A DNA stretch of 32,166 bases from Candidatus Hermodarchaeota archaeon (GCA_048885535.1 JBHLLO010000033.1:1-32166), one strand, 5' to 3'; shown: positions 1 to 10,522, counted from the stretch's first letter. Numbers and translations: made by a program. Notes: generated by a model not told the origin, from the sequence alone.

Positions 1-149
1 AATTGAGTAAGTCCGTATTTCATATTAGATCTACACAATTTTGAGGCCCCATCATTTAAACCTGTTGAAAAAATAAAATCTTCTGCTCTTTTCAATAATT
101 CAACTTTATTCATTTGAGATAAATTCTGAGAGATACTAGAAGTCGCCAT
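1..149 (-). CDS. Hypothetical protein, N-terminal part (runs off the window edge)
   Basis: Read manually: ATG at 149, open frame MATSSISQNLSQMNKVELLKRAEDFIFSTGLNDGASKLCRSNMKYGLTQ... to position 1; divergent from ORF 290 across an AT-rich spacer. Confidence 0.6.
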   Translation of the reverse strand, partial: MATSSISQNLSQMNKVELLKRAEDFIFSTGLNDGASKLCRSNMKYGLTQ

Positions 150-289
150 ATAATAAGAAAAATTCTTTTTGTTATACCTAAATTATATAAACCTAAATTA
201 TAATTATTGCATCATTGATATATAATATTAATGCATATAGGTTTCAAATTTAATCAAAGTTTGTATTAATCACCGCTTAGTAGAATGCC

Positions 290-922
290 ATGAATACTCC
301 AAATAATCATATACTATATGATTCTTTGAAAAAGATTAAAGAAGAAGGAGAATTTAAGGGTTCAATTATTACAAAATGTAATGATAAACCAAATTCATTA
401 ATATTCTCAGATAATATGAAAATTTCACGTTCTGATGGAATATTCATTACTAAGGGTTTAAAAGTTGGATTTGAAAAGATTTTCAATAAAAAATCTGCTT
501 ATTCAAAAGTAATGGATTTTCGTTGGAATGAAAATTTATCAAGGATTCAATATTGTATTCAAATCCCTGATGATATTATGGATCTTTATTCTGAAGGTCA
601 GTTTTCTGATACCTTTCCTTTTACTTTAAATATGCTTCATACAGCAGCTCTATTTTTGGATGATAATGAATTTACCATTAATCACCTTGAATTCTTTAAA
701 GGAGAAATACTTAAGAACCCTATCTCTCTAATAATGAACGGAATTTTGATTGCTGATAGATTGGTTATTAATCATAGAGGAGTTCCCGTTTTTTACGATT
801 GTTTAATTATTGGTAGAGATAAGAATGATGATTTAAATATTAGTTATGAACCATTAACGAACGTCGATGATAAAGTAGTTAAATATATTATAATTCTTGG
901 GATTGAGGAGCTAAAAGGTTAA
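290..922 (+). CDS. Hypothetical protein, probably co-transcribed with the downstream ATPase
   Basis: 210 aa ORF; stop is 2 nt before the next ATG; no motif recognised. Confidence 0.7.
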   Translation: MNTPNNHILYDSLKKIKEEGEFKGSIITKCNDKPNSLIFSDNMKISRSDGIFITKGLKVGFEKIFNKKSAYSKVMDFRWNENLSRIQYCIQIPDDIMDLYSEGQFSDTFPFTLNMLHTAALFLDDNEFTINHLEFFKGEILKNPISLIMNGILIADRLVINHRGVPVFYDCLIIGRDKNDDLNISYEPLTNVDDKVVKYIIILGIEELKG

Positions 923-924
923 GT

Positions 925-2163
925 ATGTTACTGTTTGAAAACAAGAAAGGTATGATGCTGCACTTCCTAAAAATGGGGATAAATCCTTTTGAAAAGTTTG
1001 TAAGTACAGGTGAGATTAAAGAAGATTTAGGTCTAGTAAATTCAAGAGAATCTTTATTGGAATCCATTATAAATATAATAGAGAGTAAGAAAAACTTTAT
1101 TTTACCAATTCTAGGCAATGTTGGTGTTGGCAAAACACATTTATACTGGGCTCTGAAAAATAGATTGTATTATTTTAATACAATTCACATTTCGCTCGAA
1201 AAGGTTTATAAAAAGTTTTTTTATAATACTTATTCTGAATTTATTGAAACAATTGAAGTGGAACCATTAAGAAATATCATTAATCAACTTTGTAATAGTT
1301 GGGGTGCTTTAGAAAGAAAATATGGTTTTTTTCATGTAGCTGATCCTGAAAAAGTGAAAAGAGAAGCATTCAATAAATTACAAGATAAATTTGGTGATGA
1401 TGAAAAAAAAGCATTAATGGATGTTATAACTGGTATAATTACGCATCAATTAGATCCATATAAAAGAATTGAAGCTGAGAGATGGTTATTGGGAGAATTG
1501 ATGAATATAAGAGAATTATCTCGACTTAATTTGAATTTTGATTTAAGAAAAAGCAAGCAATCTTTCATAATGCTAAAAATCCTCATTGAAAACTCAAAAT
1601 TAGGAACAGTTCTATTTATAGATGATTTTGAGAAAATAATTTCGATTCCCAGAACCTTGGAAGAAGATGATGAAGGTGAAGTTTTTGATCGAAGTTGGCT
1701 TTATGGTAAGAAACAATCACCAGACGATTTTGCTACACGAAAAGTTCTTGAAAAAATCCTTAAACTACAAGAAATTGAAGATTTACGGTTAATTATTGTT
1801 TTGAGATCAGTTGAATCACTTGAACAACTTAAAAGAAAAATCAATAAATCAAAAACACCTTTAAAATTAGAAATGTTAGAGGCTATAAACCTCCAAAATT
1901 TCACTGAGGGTGATATATATGAATTTTACTTAAAAAATATGGAGGTGTTCCTCCAAAATTTTAACTATTCACATTTCTATGAAGAATTTCCAGAATCCTT
2001 CTTTCCATTAACTAAAGATCTCTTAAGAGATATTTATTATAAAACTAGTGGCAATCCAAGAGAGATTTCCAAGTATTTTATAAAGATTTTTAATGAGCTC
2101 ATCTCATCTCATGATGGTTTAGAAACAATATTACATAAATATGTAGTTAATACTGATGAATAA
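925..2163 (+). CDS. P-loop NTPase, AAA+-type (reminiscent of BrxD/DUF2791-like ATPases)
   Basis: Walker A GNVGVGKT, Walker B LFIDDFE, C-terminal lid motif SGNPRE, helical insert with AERWLLGE. Confidence 0.8.
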   Translation: MLLFENKKGMMLHFLKMGINPFEKFVSTGEIKEDLGLVNSRESLLESIINIIESKKNFILPILGNVGVGKTHLYWALKNRLYYFNTIHISLEKVYKKFFYNTYSEFIETIEVEPLRNIINQLCNSWGALERKYGFFHVADPEKVKREAFNKLQDKFGDDEKKALMDVITGIITHQLDPYKRIEAERWLLGELMNIRELSRLNLNFDLRKSKQSFIMLKILIENSKLGTVLFIDDFEKIISIPRTLEEDDEGEVFDRSWLYGKKQSPDDFATRKVLEKILKLQEIEDLRLIIVLRSVESLEQLKRKINKSKTPLKLEMLEAINLQNFTEGDIYEFYLKNMEVFLQNFNYSHFYEEFPESFFPLTKDLLRDIYYKTSGNPREISKYFIKIFNELISSHDGLETILHKYVVNTDE

Positions 2164-2165
2164 AT

Positions 2166-2906
2166 TTATTGTCTACTTATTAATATTCTCTGGTAAGAAT
2201 TTATTTCTTTAAAAAGTAAACTTTTATATTTTTCATTCCAGTTAGCTTTTTCAATTCTTTCTCTAAAGTTTTCTAACTTGGGTAAAGAATCGAAATATTC
2301 GACTAGCAAGACTCTTATAGAATTTTTGGTTAAAATCTTATAGTTTTCTGAGCTATCAAATATATGAAATAAAGCTGAATCATTTTTTACATGTTTTTTT
2401 AATATTTGAATGCTGTAATCAACAACTTCAAGATTACTATGATCAATTGTTTTTAGGAGATTTTTAAGAATATAATCAGGTAAGTTCCCTATTTTATTTA
2501 ATAGCTTTAATGTATTGATTTTAAGAGGAATATAATCCTCAAGCAAAGCGTAAGCTAAAATGTGAAATATTTCGTTTGTAAACTTATGATGATTAAATAA
2601 CTTATTTAACGTTTGGATAAATTCATCTCTTACCCATCTATCAGAATTATAATAAATTTGTATCAAAAAATCTAAATACTTAATTTCGAGAATATTAGCT
2701 CTTCCAATTTCACCTAATAAATAAACAATATTTATACTAACTTTATCAATGACAGATACACTAGCTTTTTCAATGAGATAATCCACATAAACTAAGTAAT
2801 CTTTATCTGCTTTTTTGCCTGCATCTATTAAAAGCTCATTAATTAAGTCAGTATTCTCAATTTTTACAGATTCCATAAAACTCTGATATTTATCTTTCAA
2901 AATCAT
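2166..2906 (-). CDS. HEAT/ARM-repeat alpha-solenoid protein
   Basis: Repeated HEAT-like units (VYLLGEIG, DRWVRDEFIQTL, LLEDYIPLKINTLKLL, DHSNLEVVDYSIQIL). Confidence 0.7.
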   Translation of the reverse strand: MILKDKYQSFMESVKIENTDLINELLIDAGKKADKDYLVYVDYLIEKASVSVIDKVSINIVYLLGEIGRANILEIKYLDFLIQIYYNSDRWVRDEFIQTLNKLFNHHKFTNEIFHILAYALLEDYIPLKINTLKLLNKIGNLPDYILKNLLKTIDHSNLEVVDYSIQILKKHVKNDSALFHIFDSSENYKILTKNSIRVLLVEYFDSLPKLENFRERIEKANWNEKYKSLLFKEINSYQRILISRQ

Positions 2907-3083
2907 AGTTCAAAAGGATAGAAATTGAATAGTTTAAAAGGATCACATATCTCGAAATATAAAATTCATATATGTGATTTTACAATGGAGAAAATTGTTC
3001 TATAAGATTTAAATATACTTGAATAATCTTAATTTGATAATTAGATTTTAAATCATTTTTCAAAATAAAAAGAAGGTCAAAAA

Positions 3084-4466
3084 ATGTTCATAAAGAAACC
3101 AAAATGGAATAAAGTAATTCTATTATTTTTTCTAATAATTGCTACTGTTTTTGCAGGACTTTCTTCTGCACATTTTGTTAATACCCAAACTTACGTCGAT
3201 ACAAGTATATTTAATGAAAATTTAAGAATTTCGGCTACTTATAACACAACTCTTTCTATAAATGATATGCCTTCGAGTCTCTATAATTGGACATGGGCAA
3301 AAAATCAAGGATATTGTACAGGTGCTGGTATTTTAAGTAATCCATATGTTATCCAGAATCATATTTTTAATGTTTCTTTAAATACTTGCATTGAAATCTT
3401 TAATTCAAGAAAATATTTTATTATAAGAAACTGTGATCTAACAACAAATGGGATATCTCCTGGCATTCTTTTACAAAATACTACTAATGGTGTTTTAAGA
3501 GATAATGTTATATCTAATTGTTTTTATGGAATAGAATTAGTTTCAAGTAATGAGAATTCTATCCTATTTAATACAATTGAGGATTGTTCTGATGGGATTT
3601 ATTTACATATTTCTTCGGTCTTCAATACAATCTCATATAATATTGTAAATCATAATTCTGATGACGGCATATATATAGCAGGTACTTGCCATAATAATAC
3701 TATTTCATATAATATTGTAAAGAACAATTTAGATGAGGGAATATACTCACCAAATAGCGATGATATGACATTTTCGTACAATACTGTCTATAATAATACT
3801 GGATTTGGCATATATCTTACTGGTGTCTTAGATTCTGTTATTTCAAGTAATATAGTCTCTTATCAACGTGAATCAGGAATAATAATAAACAATGGTGATA
3901 ATTGTATTATTGAAAATAATTATGTACATCATAATGGAATTCATGGTATTTATTTAACAAGTGGCTGTCAAAATAATATTATAAAATCCAATAAAGCAAA
4001 TTACAACAATAATAGTGGATTTTTCCTTTATAATAGTAATGATAATCTCATTACAAAAAATGAAGCAAATTTCAACAAGGATCACGGGATTCTCTTATAC
4101 TTATGTGATAATCACGTAATATCAGATAATGTTATAAACAATAATGAAATTTATGGTGTATATTTATTAGGTAGTAACGATAATGTCATCTCATACAATT
4201 TAGCTAACTTTAACAATCATGGAGTTTATTTAGATACAAGTAATAATAATTTTATTCTGTATAATAATCTAGCAAGTAATATAGTTTGTTACAATGAAAC
4301 TGGTAGTACAGGAAATATATTTGAAGGAAATATATGCATAGCTGTCGCACCCCCTATGGATCGCTTTATACTTGGACTCATTATAGGTTTAATAACCGCT
4401 GGAGGAGCATTTGGAAGTGCACTAGCTACAACATTATTTTTAAGAAAAAGGGAAAGAAAAAAGTAA
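3084..4466 (+). CDS. Secreted, membrane-anchored right-handed parallel beta-helix protein (NosD/CASH-like)
   Basis: N-terminal signal/TM segment; many GIYL..S.NN.I..N repeats; GxGxxxNPYVI motif; C-terminal TM helix followed by basic tail RKRERKK. Confidence 0.88.
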   Translation: MFIKKPKWNKVILLFFLIIATVFAGLSSAHFVNTQTYVDTSIFNENLRISATYNTTLSINDMPSSLYNWTWAKNQGYCTGAGILSNPYVIQNHIFNVSLNTCIEIFNSRKYFIIRNCDLTTNGISPGILLQNTTNGVLRDNVISNCFYGIELVSSNENSILFNTIEDCSDGIYLHISSVFNTISYNIVNHNSDDGIYIAGTCHNNTISYNIVKNNLDEGIYSPNSDDMTFSYNTVYNNTGFGIYLTGVLDSVISSNIVSYQRESGIIINNGDNCIIENNYVHHNGIHGIYLTSGCQNNIIKSNKANYNNNSGFFLYNSNDNLITKNEANFNKDHGILLYLCDNHVISDNVINNNEIYGVYLLGSNDNVISYNLANFNNHGVYLDTSNNNFILYNNLASNIVCYNETGSTGNIFEGNICIAVAPPMDRFILGLIIGLITAGGAFGSALATTLFLRKRERKK

Positions 4467-4530
4467 TTACTATAATATTTTAAATAATTTTTTTTAATTT
4501 TTTTGAATATATCATAATTAACGACTACTT

Positions 4531-5103
4531 TCAATAGCCTATTGGTATGATATAGAGAGGTTCAATATTTTTTTGTAAATGTAAAACTTGTTTGACTTTC
4601 TCATCTTCAAATGCTCCAATTGGTACAGAAGCCAAACCTAACGCGACTGCTTGTAAATGAATATTCTGAGCACAGTGTCCCACTTCTATAAAAACATATC
4701 TTATTCCTCTTTGACCATATCCTAGAGTTGTTCTTGAAAATTGAGCACAGATAATAATATTGAGATAAGCTTCTCCTATAAAATGTTGATCTAAAGATGC
4801 TTTAACTAACTTATTAGTTAAATCTTCATCAGTTAATAATTCTAATATATGATTATCAATATTATAATAAAAAAAACCTTTATCTTTTAAAATGGCATAG
4901 ATTTCTAATGGATAAGTTGAACCTGCTGAAGGTACGGTTCTTTTTATACCTTTTTTACCCTGTGCGGCCCATAAAAGTTGAGAAATTTTCTCAATTTCAA
5001 TTTTTTTACGACTAAATCTCCTTACACTTTTTCGTTCATAAATAGATTTTTCAATACTAAATGTTCCATTGAATTTTGGTTGTGGAAGTTTAATGTTCAT
5101 CAT
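4531..5103 (-). CDS. SagB/ThcOx-family dehydrogenase (nitroreductase fold)
   Basis: RKSVRRF FMN-binding motif, RTVPSAGSTYPLEIY, EVGHCAQNIHLQAVALGL. Confidence 0.92.
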   Translation of the reverse strand: MMNIKLPQPKFNGTFSIEKSIYERKSVRRFSRKKIEIEKISQLLWAAQGKKGIKRTVPSAGSTYPLEIYAILKDKGFFYYNIDNHILELLTDEDLTNKLVKASLDQHFIGEAYLNIIICAQFSRTTLGYGQRGIRYVFIEVGHCAQNIHLQAVALGLASVPIGAFEDEKVKQVLHLQKNIEPLYIIPIGY

Positions 5104-5159
5104 TTTTTATTTCTAAGATAATAAGAGTATTTTATTTTAATAAATTAAATTATTTCATT

Positions 5160-5522
5160 ATGACTTCAAAATCAATGTTAGAAGATTTATTCAAAGAATG
5201 GAATGAATTAAACACTATGGCAGAGGAATTTTTCGGAGAGTTTAATTTTTCAAAAATTAAGGAAATTAGGGAAAAACAAAAAACACTTGAGGATTCAATA
5301 TACGGAATCCTTAAATTAAACGCTCCAGATGAATTTAAACCATTATTACCAGATGATTGTGGTCAATTGGAAGTAGGTTATGATATTGAAGGAAATATTT
5401 TTTATTTCGTAATGATTGATCCAAATTTGAATGATGAAGAAGAAATTAAGCTAATTGCTTTCACTATAAATCAAGAAGAAGAAGTTAAACGTATTGATGA
5501 TTTTAAAATAGAAGATTCTTAA
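5160..5522 (+). CDS. Small acidic hypothetical protein
   Basis: 120 aa ORF filling the gap between flanking genes; no motif recognised. Confidence 0.7.
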   Translation: MTSKSMLEDLFKEWNELNTMAEEFFGEFNFSKIKEIREKQKTLEDSIYGILKLNAPDEFKPLLPDDCGQLEVGYDIEGNIFYFVMIDPNLNDEEEIKLIAFTINQEEEVKRIDDFKIEDS

Positions 5523-5564
5523 TATTAAAAAAAATAAAAGAGATTTTAAAGAAAATATAGAAAT

Positions 5565-7094
5565 TCAGAACTTGTCTGCATCGTCATACCATTGAGGGTA
5601 CCATTGATAATATTCCCTTGGGAAAGCTTTATTTAAACCACTATAGTTGGCTTTAACTAATATCATCTTACCTGATTTATCTCGATGAGCTACAATCAGC
5701 TTTTGGTCCTCCAGATTTTCAAGTATTTTTTTAATAGCAGACCGACTTCCACCAATATCTTCCCTTATATCATCAAGAGTCATATATAACCCAGGATTGA
5801 CTTTATAATCATGGGCAATAACTTTTAATACATTTTCCTCATTTATTTCCATTCCATTAAATCGAGAATCTTTTCTAGATATAATAGGGGCATTAACTTC
5901 ATCATTCCATCGTAATCTCATTGGAGCATTATATGAAGGAAGCATGGATGAAAATCTATACACTATCATTTTTTGAATTTCTGTTGTCCCTGCTACAATT
6001 TCCCCTATTTTTCCCTCTCTCACTAAACGTTCCATGGGATAAAATCTAGTAAGTCCATCTCCTCCCATGATTTGAACAGCCTTATTACCTGCCTCCCGAA
6101 TGTATTCACTAATCACCCATTTTGCTACAGAAGCATCAATCATTGGCTCAAGTCCATCATCTAATTGCTTAGCACAATTATAAGCAAATAATCTTCCCAT
6201 TCGATACTTGGCAATAATATCTGCTATACCATTTTGAATTCCAGGGAACTTATTTGTAGTTTTATTAAATTGAACTCTTCTATGTGTGTAATAAAACAAA
6301 ACTTTAACAATATCCATTAGAGTGCCAACATATACGGCTCCTGCTATTAAGCGTTCAAAATTCAATCCTGCCATCATCACATTCCATCCTTTTCCAATAG
6401 AACCAATTCTATTCTCATCGGATATTCTTACATCTTCAAAACTTAAATAACCATTTGGTACATTATCAAATCCCACGAGTGGATTAATCCTTTCTAAATG
6501 GAATCCTGGAGTTCCTTTTTCAACTATAAAGGAAGTTAAATGCCCATACTGTTTCCTTATACTAGGATCCTCACTAGTTTTGGCATAAATAAAATATCGA
6601 TCTGAGACACCTGCTCCAGTTATATATCTTTTCTTACCGTTTATTACCCATTCATCCCCCTCTTTTATAGCAGTAGTCATAACATTGGCAGCATCAGAAC
6701 CTGCAAAAGGTTCAGTGATACAAACAGCACCTAGTTTATCACCTTTAGCTAATTGAGGTAGCCATAGTTCTTTTTGATCTTCTGATGCATATCTTAAAAT
6801 TTGTTCTAGGCCTGCTAGCATACTTACGACAAAAACATGTCCTACCGCATACAATCTACCCAGTTGTTCTGCTACTATACAGGCTCCAGTTGCACCTAAT
6901 TCAAGTCCACCGTATTGTTTTGGAATTCCTGCACCAAAATATCCTTCTTGAGCCACTCTCTTGACTAACGGCCAAGGAAACTTCTGCTTCCAAAAATAAT
7001 ATTCTGCTTCTTCGAAAAGGTTTTCAGCAAAATCCTCAACATTTTTCGCAAATGCTTTTTGTTCTTCATTCCACCAAAAAAAAGGTTCAGACAT
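5565..7094 (-). CDS. Acyl-CoA dehydrogenase with C-terminal winged-helix-like extension
   Basis: CITEPFAGSD, WVINGKKRYIT, RRVQF, QIMGGDG, GEIVAGTTEIQK ACAD motifs; about 125 extra C-terminal residues. Confidence 0.93.
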   Translation of the reverse strand: MSEPFFWWNEEQKAFAKNVEDFAENLFEEAEYYFWKQKFPWPLVKRVAQEGYFGAGIPKQYGGLELGATGACIVAEQLGRLYAVGHVFVVSMLAGLEQILRYASEDQKELWLPQLAKGDKLGAVCITEPFAGSDAANVMTTAIKEGDEWVINGKKRYITGAGVSDRYFIYAKTSEDPSIRKQYGHLTSFIVEKGTPGFHLERINPLVGFDNVPNGYLSFEDVRISDENRIGSIGKGWNVMMAGLNFERLIAGAVYVGTLMDIVKVLFYYTHRRVQFNKTTNKFPGIQNGIADIIAKYRMGRLFAYNCAKQLDDGLEPMIDASVAKWVISEYIREAGNKAVQIMGGDGLTRFYPMERLVREGKIGEIVAGTTEIQKMIVYRFSSMLPSYNAPMRLRWNDEVNAPIISRKDSRFNGMEINEENVLKVIAHDYKVNPGLYMTLDDIREDIGGSRSAIKKILENLEDQKLIVAHRDKSGKMILVKANYSGLNKAFPREYYQWYPQWYDDADKF

Positions 7095-7208
7095 CTTTTT
7101 TTCTCTTTTAGCATATATATTCTATTTTTGATATTTTGTTATAATAATAAATAAAACTAAAACTTTAGGATAAATTTCGACATAAATTTCATAATAAAAA
7201 GGAGTCTT

Positions 7209-7922
7209 TTAACGCTTGTATTTTCTCTTTAATCTTCCTATCTCAAAACTTGTAATAGAGACAATTCCAAGAATTATAAACCAAATAAGGTGATCTCCAA
7301 AAGGGATTATCACAATTATATCATCTGTTATTAGTTCCCATTTAAAAACCGTAGTACCATTTGTTTTTTTTTCTATAATAGATGAGATCCCTTCAGAATT
7401 ATAAACTATTTCAATTGAAGTAGCATTATAATAGTCTAATAATAAAGTATTAGAACCACTTACAGTTGCGTTTAGAAACCCCCTGCTAATGATCGCGCTA
7501 CTAACTAAAGTAAGATTGATTGGAATTGGAATGATTAATGGATAAGCTTCAAAATATACAACTTTTGACCAATTTAGAAAATTTAATGAGAAGTTATAAG
7601 AAAGATAAAATGCATTATCATCTTCTAGACTCTTTTTAATCCAAGCAAAATTATGATAGAATTCCAATGTATAATTGACAATTAAATATCTATTTATATC
7701 AATACTTGCATTGTATACGTCGGTTGCTGTAAATCTAATGAATTCAATCTCCTCATAGTAAGGTTCAGTTGCATTGATAGTCCTCCACCTAACACTCTCA
7801 TCTTTTTCCAACGGAAATGATGAATCTCCTAACGTAATTTCTGCTAATGAATTTGGTACAAAGCCAAATAAAGTAATAAGGCAAATCAAATATAGTAAAA
7901 GTGCTTTCCTCTTAGAATTCAT
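7209..7922 (-). CDS. Exported protein with C-terminal membrane anchor (Loki-CTERM-like IPFG motif)
   Basis: Signal peptide; many N-x-S/T sequons; C-terminal IPFG followed by hydrophobic helix and RLKRKYKR. Confidence 0.75.
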   Translation of the reverse strand: MNSKRKALLLYLICLITLFGFVPNSLAEITLGDSSFPLEKDESVRWRTINATEPYYEEIEFIRFTATDVYNASIDINRYLIVNYTLEFYHNFAWIKKSLEDDNAFYLSYNFSLNFLNWSKVVYFEAYPLIIPIPINLTLVSSAIISRGFLNATVSGSNTLLLDYYNATSIEIVYNSEGISSIIEKKTNGTTVFKWELITDDIIVIIPFGDHLIWFIILGIVSITSFEIGRLKRKYKR

Positions 7923-8079
7923 AATTTTAGTTATTCAAAATTGAATTTGATTTGGCTACTTTTGATAATGATAAATAAAATCTTTAGATATTTAAGTTTT
8001 TGAATTAAATTTTTCTAATGTTAATATTCAAAATCTTGAAAAAGTTATATCTTCAAATTTTAATTTTTAAAAGAAGTAA

Positions 8080-8775
8080 TTAAATCTCTTTTTTCTTTTC
8101 CTTTCCTTTACTCAAATCTAAAGCTTTCTTTTCCAACATTTCCGAATATTTCTCCCAATGATTATTTTCTCCTACTTTTTTCTTAGTTATTACAAATAAA
8201 CATGTTTCAGCCCCAGCAGGAATAGTATTTTTAAACTCAATCTGATATTCATTCTTTAGCTTTCCAGAATCTTCAAAAGCCTTTATTATACCTTGGACAA
8301 AGTATCTTTGTACCCGACAATCAAATGCGGTGTATATGTCTTGAAGTGGACACCAAAGTATATCAAAGGAACATTGGTTTTCATTATCTATCCTTGGATC
8401 TTCAAGAGAGGTCCAAGCTTGGGTATTAATAATTGTTGCTAAAAAACTCATTAATTCAATATCCTTAATATTATCTGGAATATCGGTATTTGTAATTATT
8501 TGAAGTCCCATTTCGTATCCTGTTTTGATTAATGCATCATTGACAACTTTTTGACCTGCTTCCCCTAACTTAGCTTCAACCTCCTTTAAAATATTTATAA
8601 TTCCTCTTGCCATAAATAACCCAAACTGCAATAATGAAGTTGGATCAAAGTCGCTCCTCCCTAAAACTTTTTTTCTAAAACGATCTAAAACATATTTGTA
8701 GGGTTCCCCAAGTTTAGTTCTCTTCCAAATAGGTTCTTTTCGATTAGTTCCCTTTAAAACTCCTTTAGGTTTCAA
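8080..8775 (-). CDS. V4R/ATC-hydrolase-like (L-2-amino-thiazoline-4-carboxylate hydrolase family) ligand-binding protein
   Basis: Cys pattern WCP...DC...TIPAGAETCLF; TTG start with AGGAGA a few nt upstream. Confidence 0.6.
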   Translation of the reverse strand: MKPKGVLKGTNRKEPIWKRTKLGEPYKYVLDRFRKKVLGRSDFDPTSLLQFGLFMARGIINILKEVEAKLGEAGQKVVNDALIKTGYEMGLQIITNTDIPDNIKDIELMSFLATIINTQAWTSLEDPRIDNENQCSFDILWCPLQDIYTAFDCRVQRYFVQGIIKAFEDSGKLKNEYQIEFKNTIPAGAETCLFVITKKKVGENNHWEKYSEMLEKKALDLSKGKEKKKEI

Positions 8776-8897
8776 TTTTATCTCCTTTAAAAATCATATT
8801 GATACTTAAAAGATCTAACATTAAATTTAACAAATTTAGATTACTAAAAAAATATAATAGAAATCAAAAAATTAGATAATCAAAAAAGTAGATTTTA

Positions 8898-9656
8898 ATG
8901 TATGTTTTGGTACTTTTAAGGCATGGAGAAAGTATTTGGAATAAAGAAAATCGTTTTACAGGTTGGACTGATGTTGATTTAAGTGAAAAAGGAATTGAGG
9001 AAGCTAAGAAAGCTGGACAGATATTAAAGCGAGAAGGATATACATTTGATGTTGCCTTTACTTCTGTACTGAAAAGAGGGATAAGAACTTTATGGATTGT
9101 TCTAGATGAGATGGATCTAATGTTTATTCCAGTTTATAGACATTGGAGGTTAAATGAAAGACATTACGGGGCATTACAGGGCTATTACAAATCAGAAATG
9201 GCTGAGAAAATAGGGGAAGAACAAGTCTTAATTTGGCGGAGGAGTTATGATGTACGTCCACCCGCTTTAAAAACTACGGATCCACGTTATCCTGGTAATG
9301 ACCCCCGTTATAGGGACTTAAGTCAAAAAGAAATTCCCTTAACTGAATGTTTGAAAGATACTGTTGAACGATTCTTACCTTATTGGCATGAAACAATTGC
9401 ACCAGTAGTTAAATCTGGCAAGAAAGTTTTAATCTCGGCACATGGGAATAGTCTAAGAGCCCTTGTTAAATATCTAGATAATCTATCCAATGAAGAAGTA
9501 GTTAATTTAGATATCCCCACGGGAATACCTCTCATTTATGAACTTGACAATGAATTAAAACCATTGAAAAAATTTTATCTCGGAGATCCAGAAGATATAC
9601 AAAAAGCAATTCAAGTTGTCGCTGACCAAGGAAAAGTACATCAGAAAAATGACTAA
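8898..9656 (+). CDS. gpmA: 2,3-bisphosphoglycerate-dependent phosphoglycerate mutase
   Basis: LLRHGES phosphohistidine motif, [38 protein letters not shown]. Confidence 0.97.
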   Translation: MYVLVLLRHGESIWNKENRFTGWTDVDLSEKGIEEAKKAGQILKREGYTFDVAFTSVLKRGIRTLWIVLDEMDLMFIPVYRHWRLNERHYGALQGYYKSEMAEKIGEEQVLIWRRSYDVRPPALKTTDPRYPGNDPRYRDLSQKEIPLTECLKDTVERFLPYWHETIAPVVKSGKKVLISAHGNSLRALVKYLDNLSNEEVVNLDIPTGIPLIYELDNELKPLKKFYLGDPEDIQKAIQVVADQGKVHQKND

Positions 9657-9733
9657 TTCGAATACCTACATTTTTTTAAATTATCAAAAATAATGTAATA
9701 AAAACCTTAAAGTTAATCAAGATTATATTAATT

Positions 9734-10522
9734 ATGAAAAAACATTCCATAATTGACAATCCTGTGGTTTCTAATATCATTTTTTATCCACGAGGAGGTT
9801 CTATACCTTCAACACTTGATTCAAATATAGAGATATTGAAATTTACCATGGAAAAAAATGTTATTCTTGGGGGATTTTTTTTCTTAAATGATATTACTTT
9901 ACCTACTATATTATTATTTCATGGAAATGGAGAAATTGCCTTAGAATATAGGCCCATAGCTCCTATGTTTTTTGAATGCAATGTTAATTTAGCTGTCGTT
10001 GATTATCGGGGGTATGGATTCAGTTCAGGAACACCATACTTTACTAGCTTAATTAATGATTCCATGATAGTTTATCAACAATTCATAAATTGGATGATAG
10101 AAAAAGGTCTAAATAGATCAATTTTCATCCAAGGTAGATCATTGGGAAGTGTATGTGCTGCCGAGATTGGTTCTCATAATCCCAAGGATCTTAAAGGCGT
10201 GATTTTTGAAAGTGGTTTTGCTAATCTTTATAATATCGTGACTTATCTCTTCAGGGTATCTAGCTCAGAAGTAACACCCGAATCCTTAAGTAAATATTCT
10301 AATGATACAAGGATAAAACAATTCAAAAAACCAGTTTTAGTCATTCATGGAACCTCAGATTTTATTATCCCTCATAGTGAAGGTGAGTTGATTTATAAAA
10401 ACCTACCTGTGGATATTGATAAATATCTAGTGATGATTGAAGGAGCAGGTCATAACGATATTCTTATGTATCATGATAAATATTTTGACCCACTAAGCGA
10501 ATTCATTGAAAAATTTAAATGA
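9734..10522 (+). CDS. Alpha/beta hydrolase (BEM46/ABHD13-like serine hydrolase)
   Basis: FHGNGE, DYRGYG, nucleophile elbow GRSLG, HGTSD and GAGHND triad motifs. Confidence 0.9.
   Translation: MKKHSIIDNPVVSNIIFYPRGGSIPSTLDSNIEILKFTMEKNVILGGFFFLNDITLPTILLFHGNGEIALEYRPIAPMFFECNVNLAVVDYRGYGFSSGTPYFTSLINDSMIVYQQFINWMIEKGLNRSIFIQGRSLGSVCAAEIGSHNPKDLKGVIFESGFANLYNIVTYLFRVSSSEVTPESLSKYSNDTRIKQFKKPVLVIHGTSDFIIPHSEGELIYKNLPVDIDKYLVMIEGAGHNDILMYHDKYFDPLSEFIEKFK

Noticed and set aside
925-2163. Complete BREX defence system or Orc1/Cdc6 origin locus
   Set aside because: No pglZ, pglX, brxC or helicase in the window; no C-terminal wHTH or ORB-like repeats seen
3084-4466. Nitrous oxide reductase accessory NosD
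   Set aside because: No nosZ/F/Y; the beta-helix repeat is a generic surface-protein fold
4531-5103. Thiazole/oxazole RiPP cluster
   Set aside because: No YcaO or precursor peptide nearby; stand-alone SagB-like nitroreductases are common in archaea
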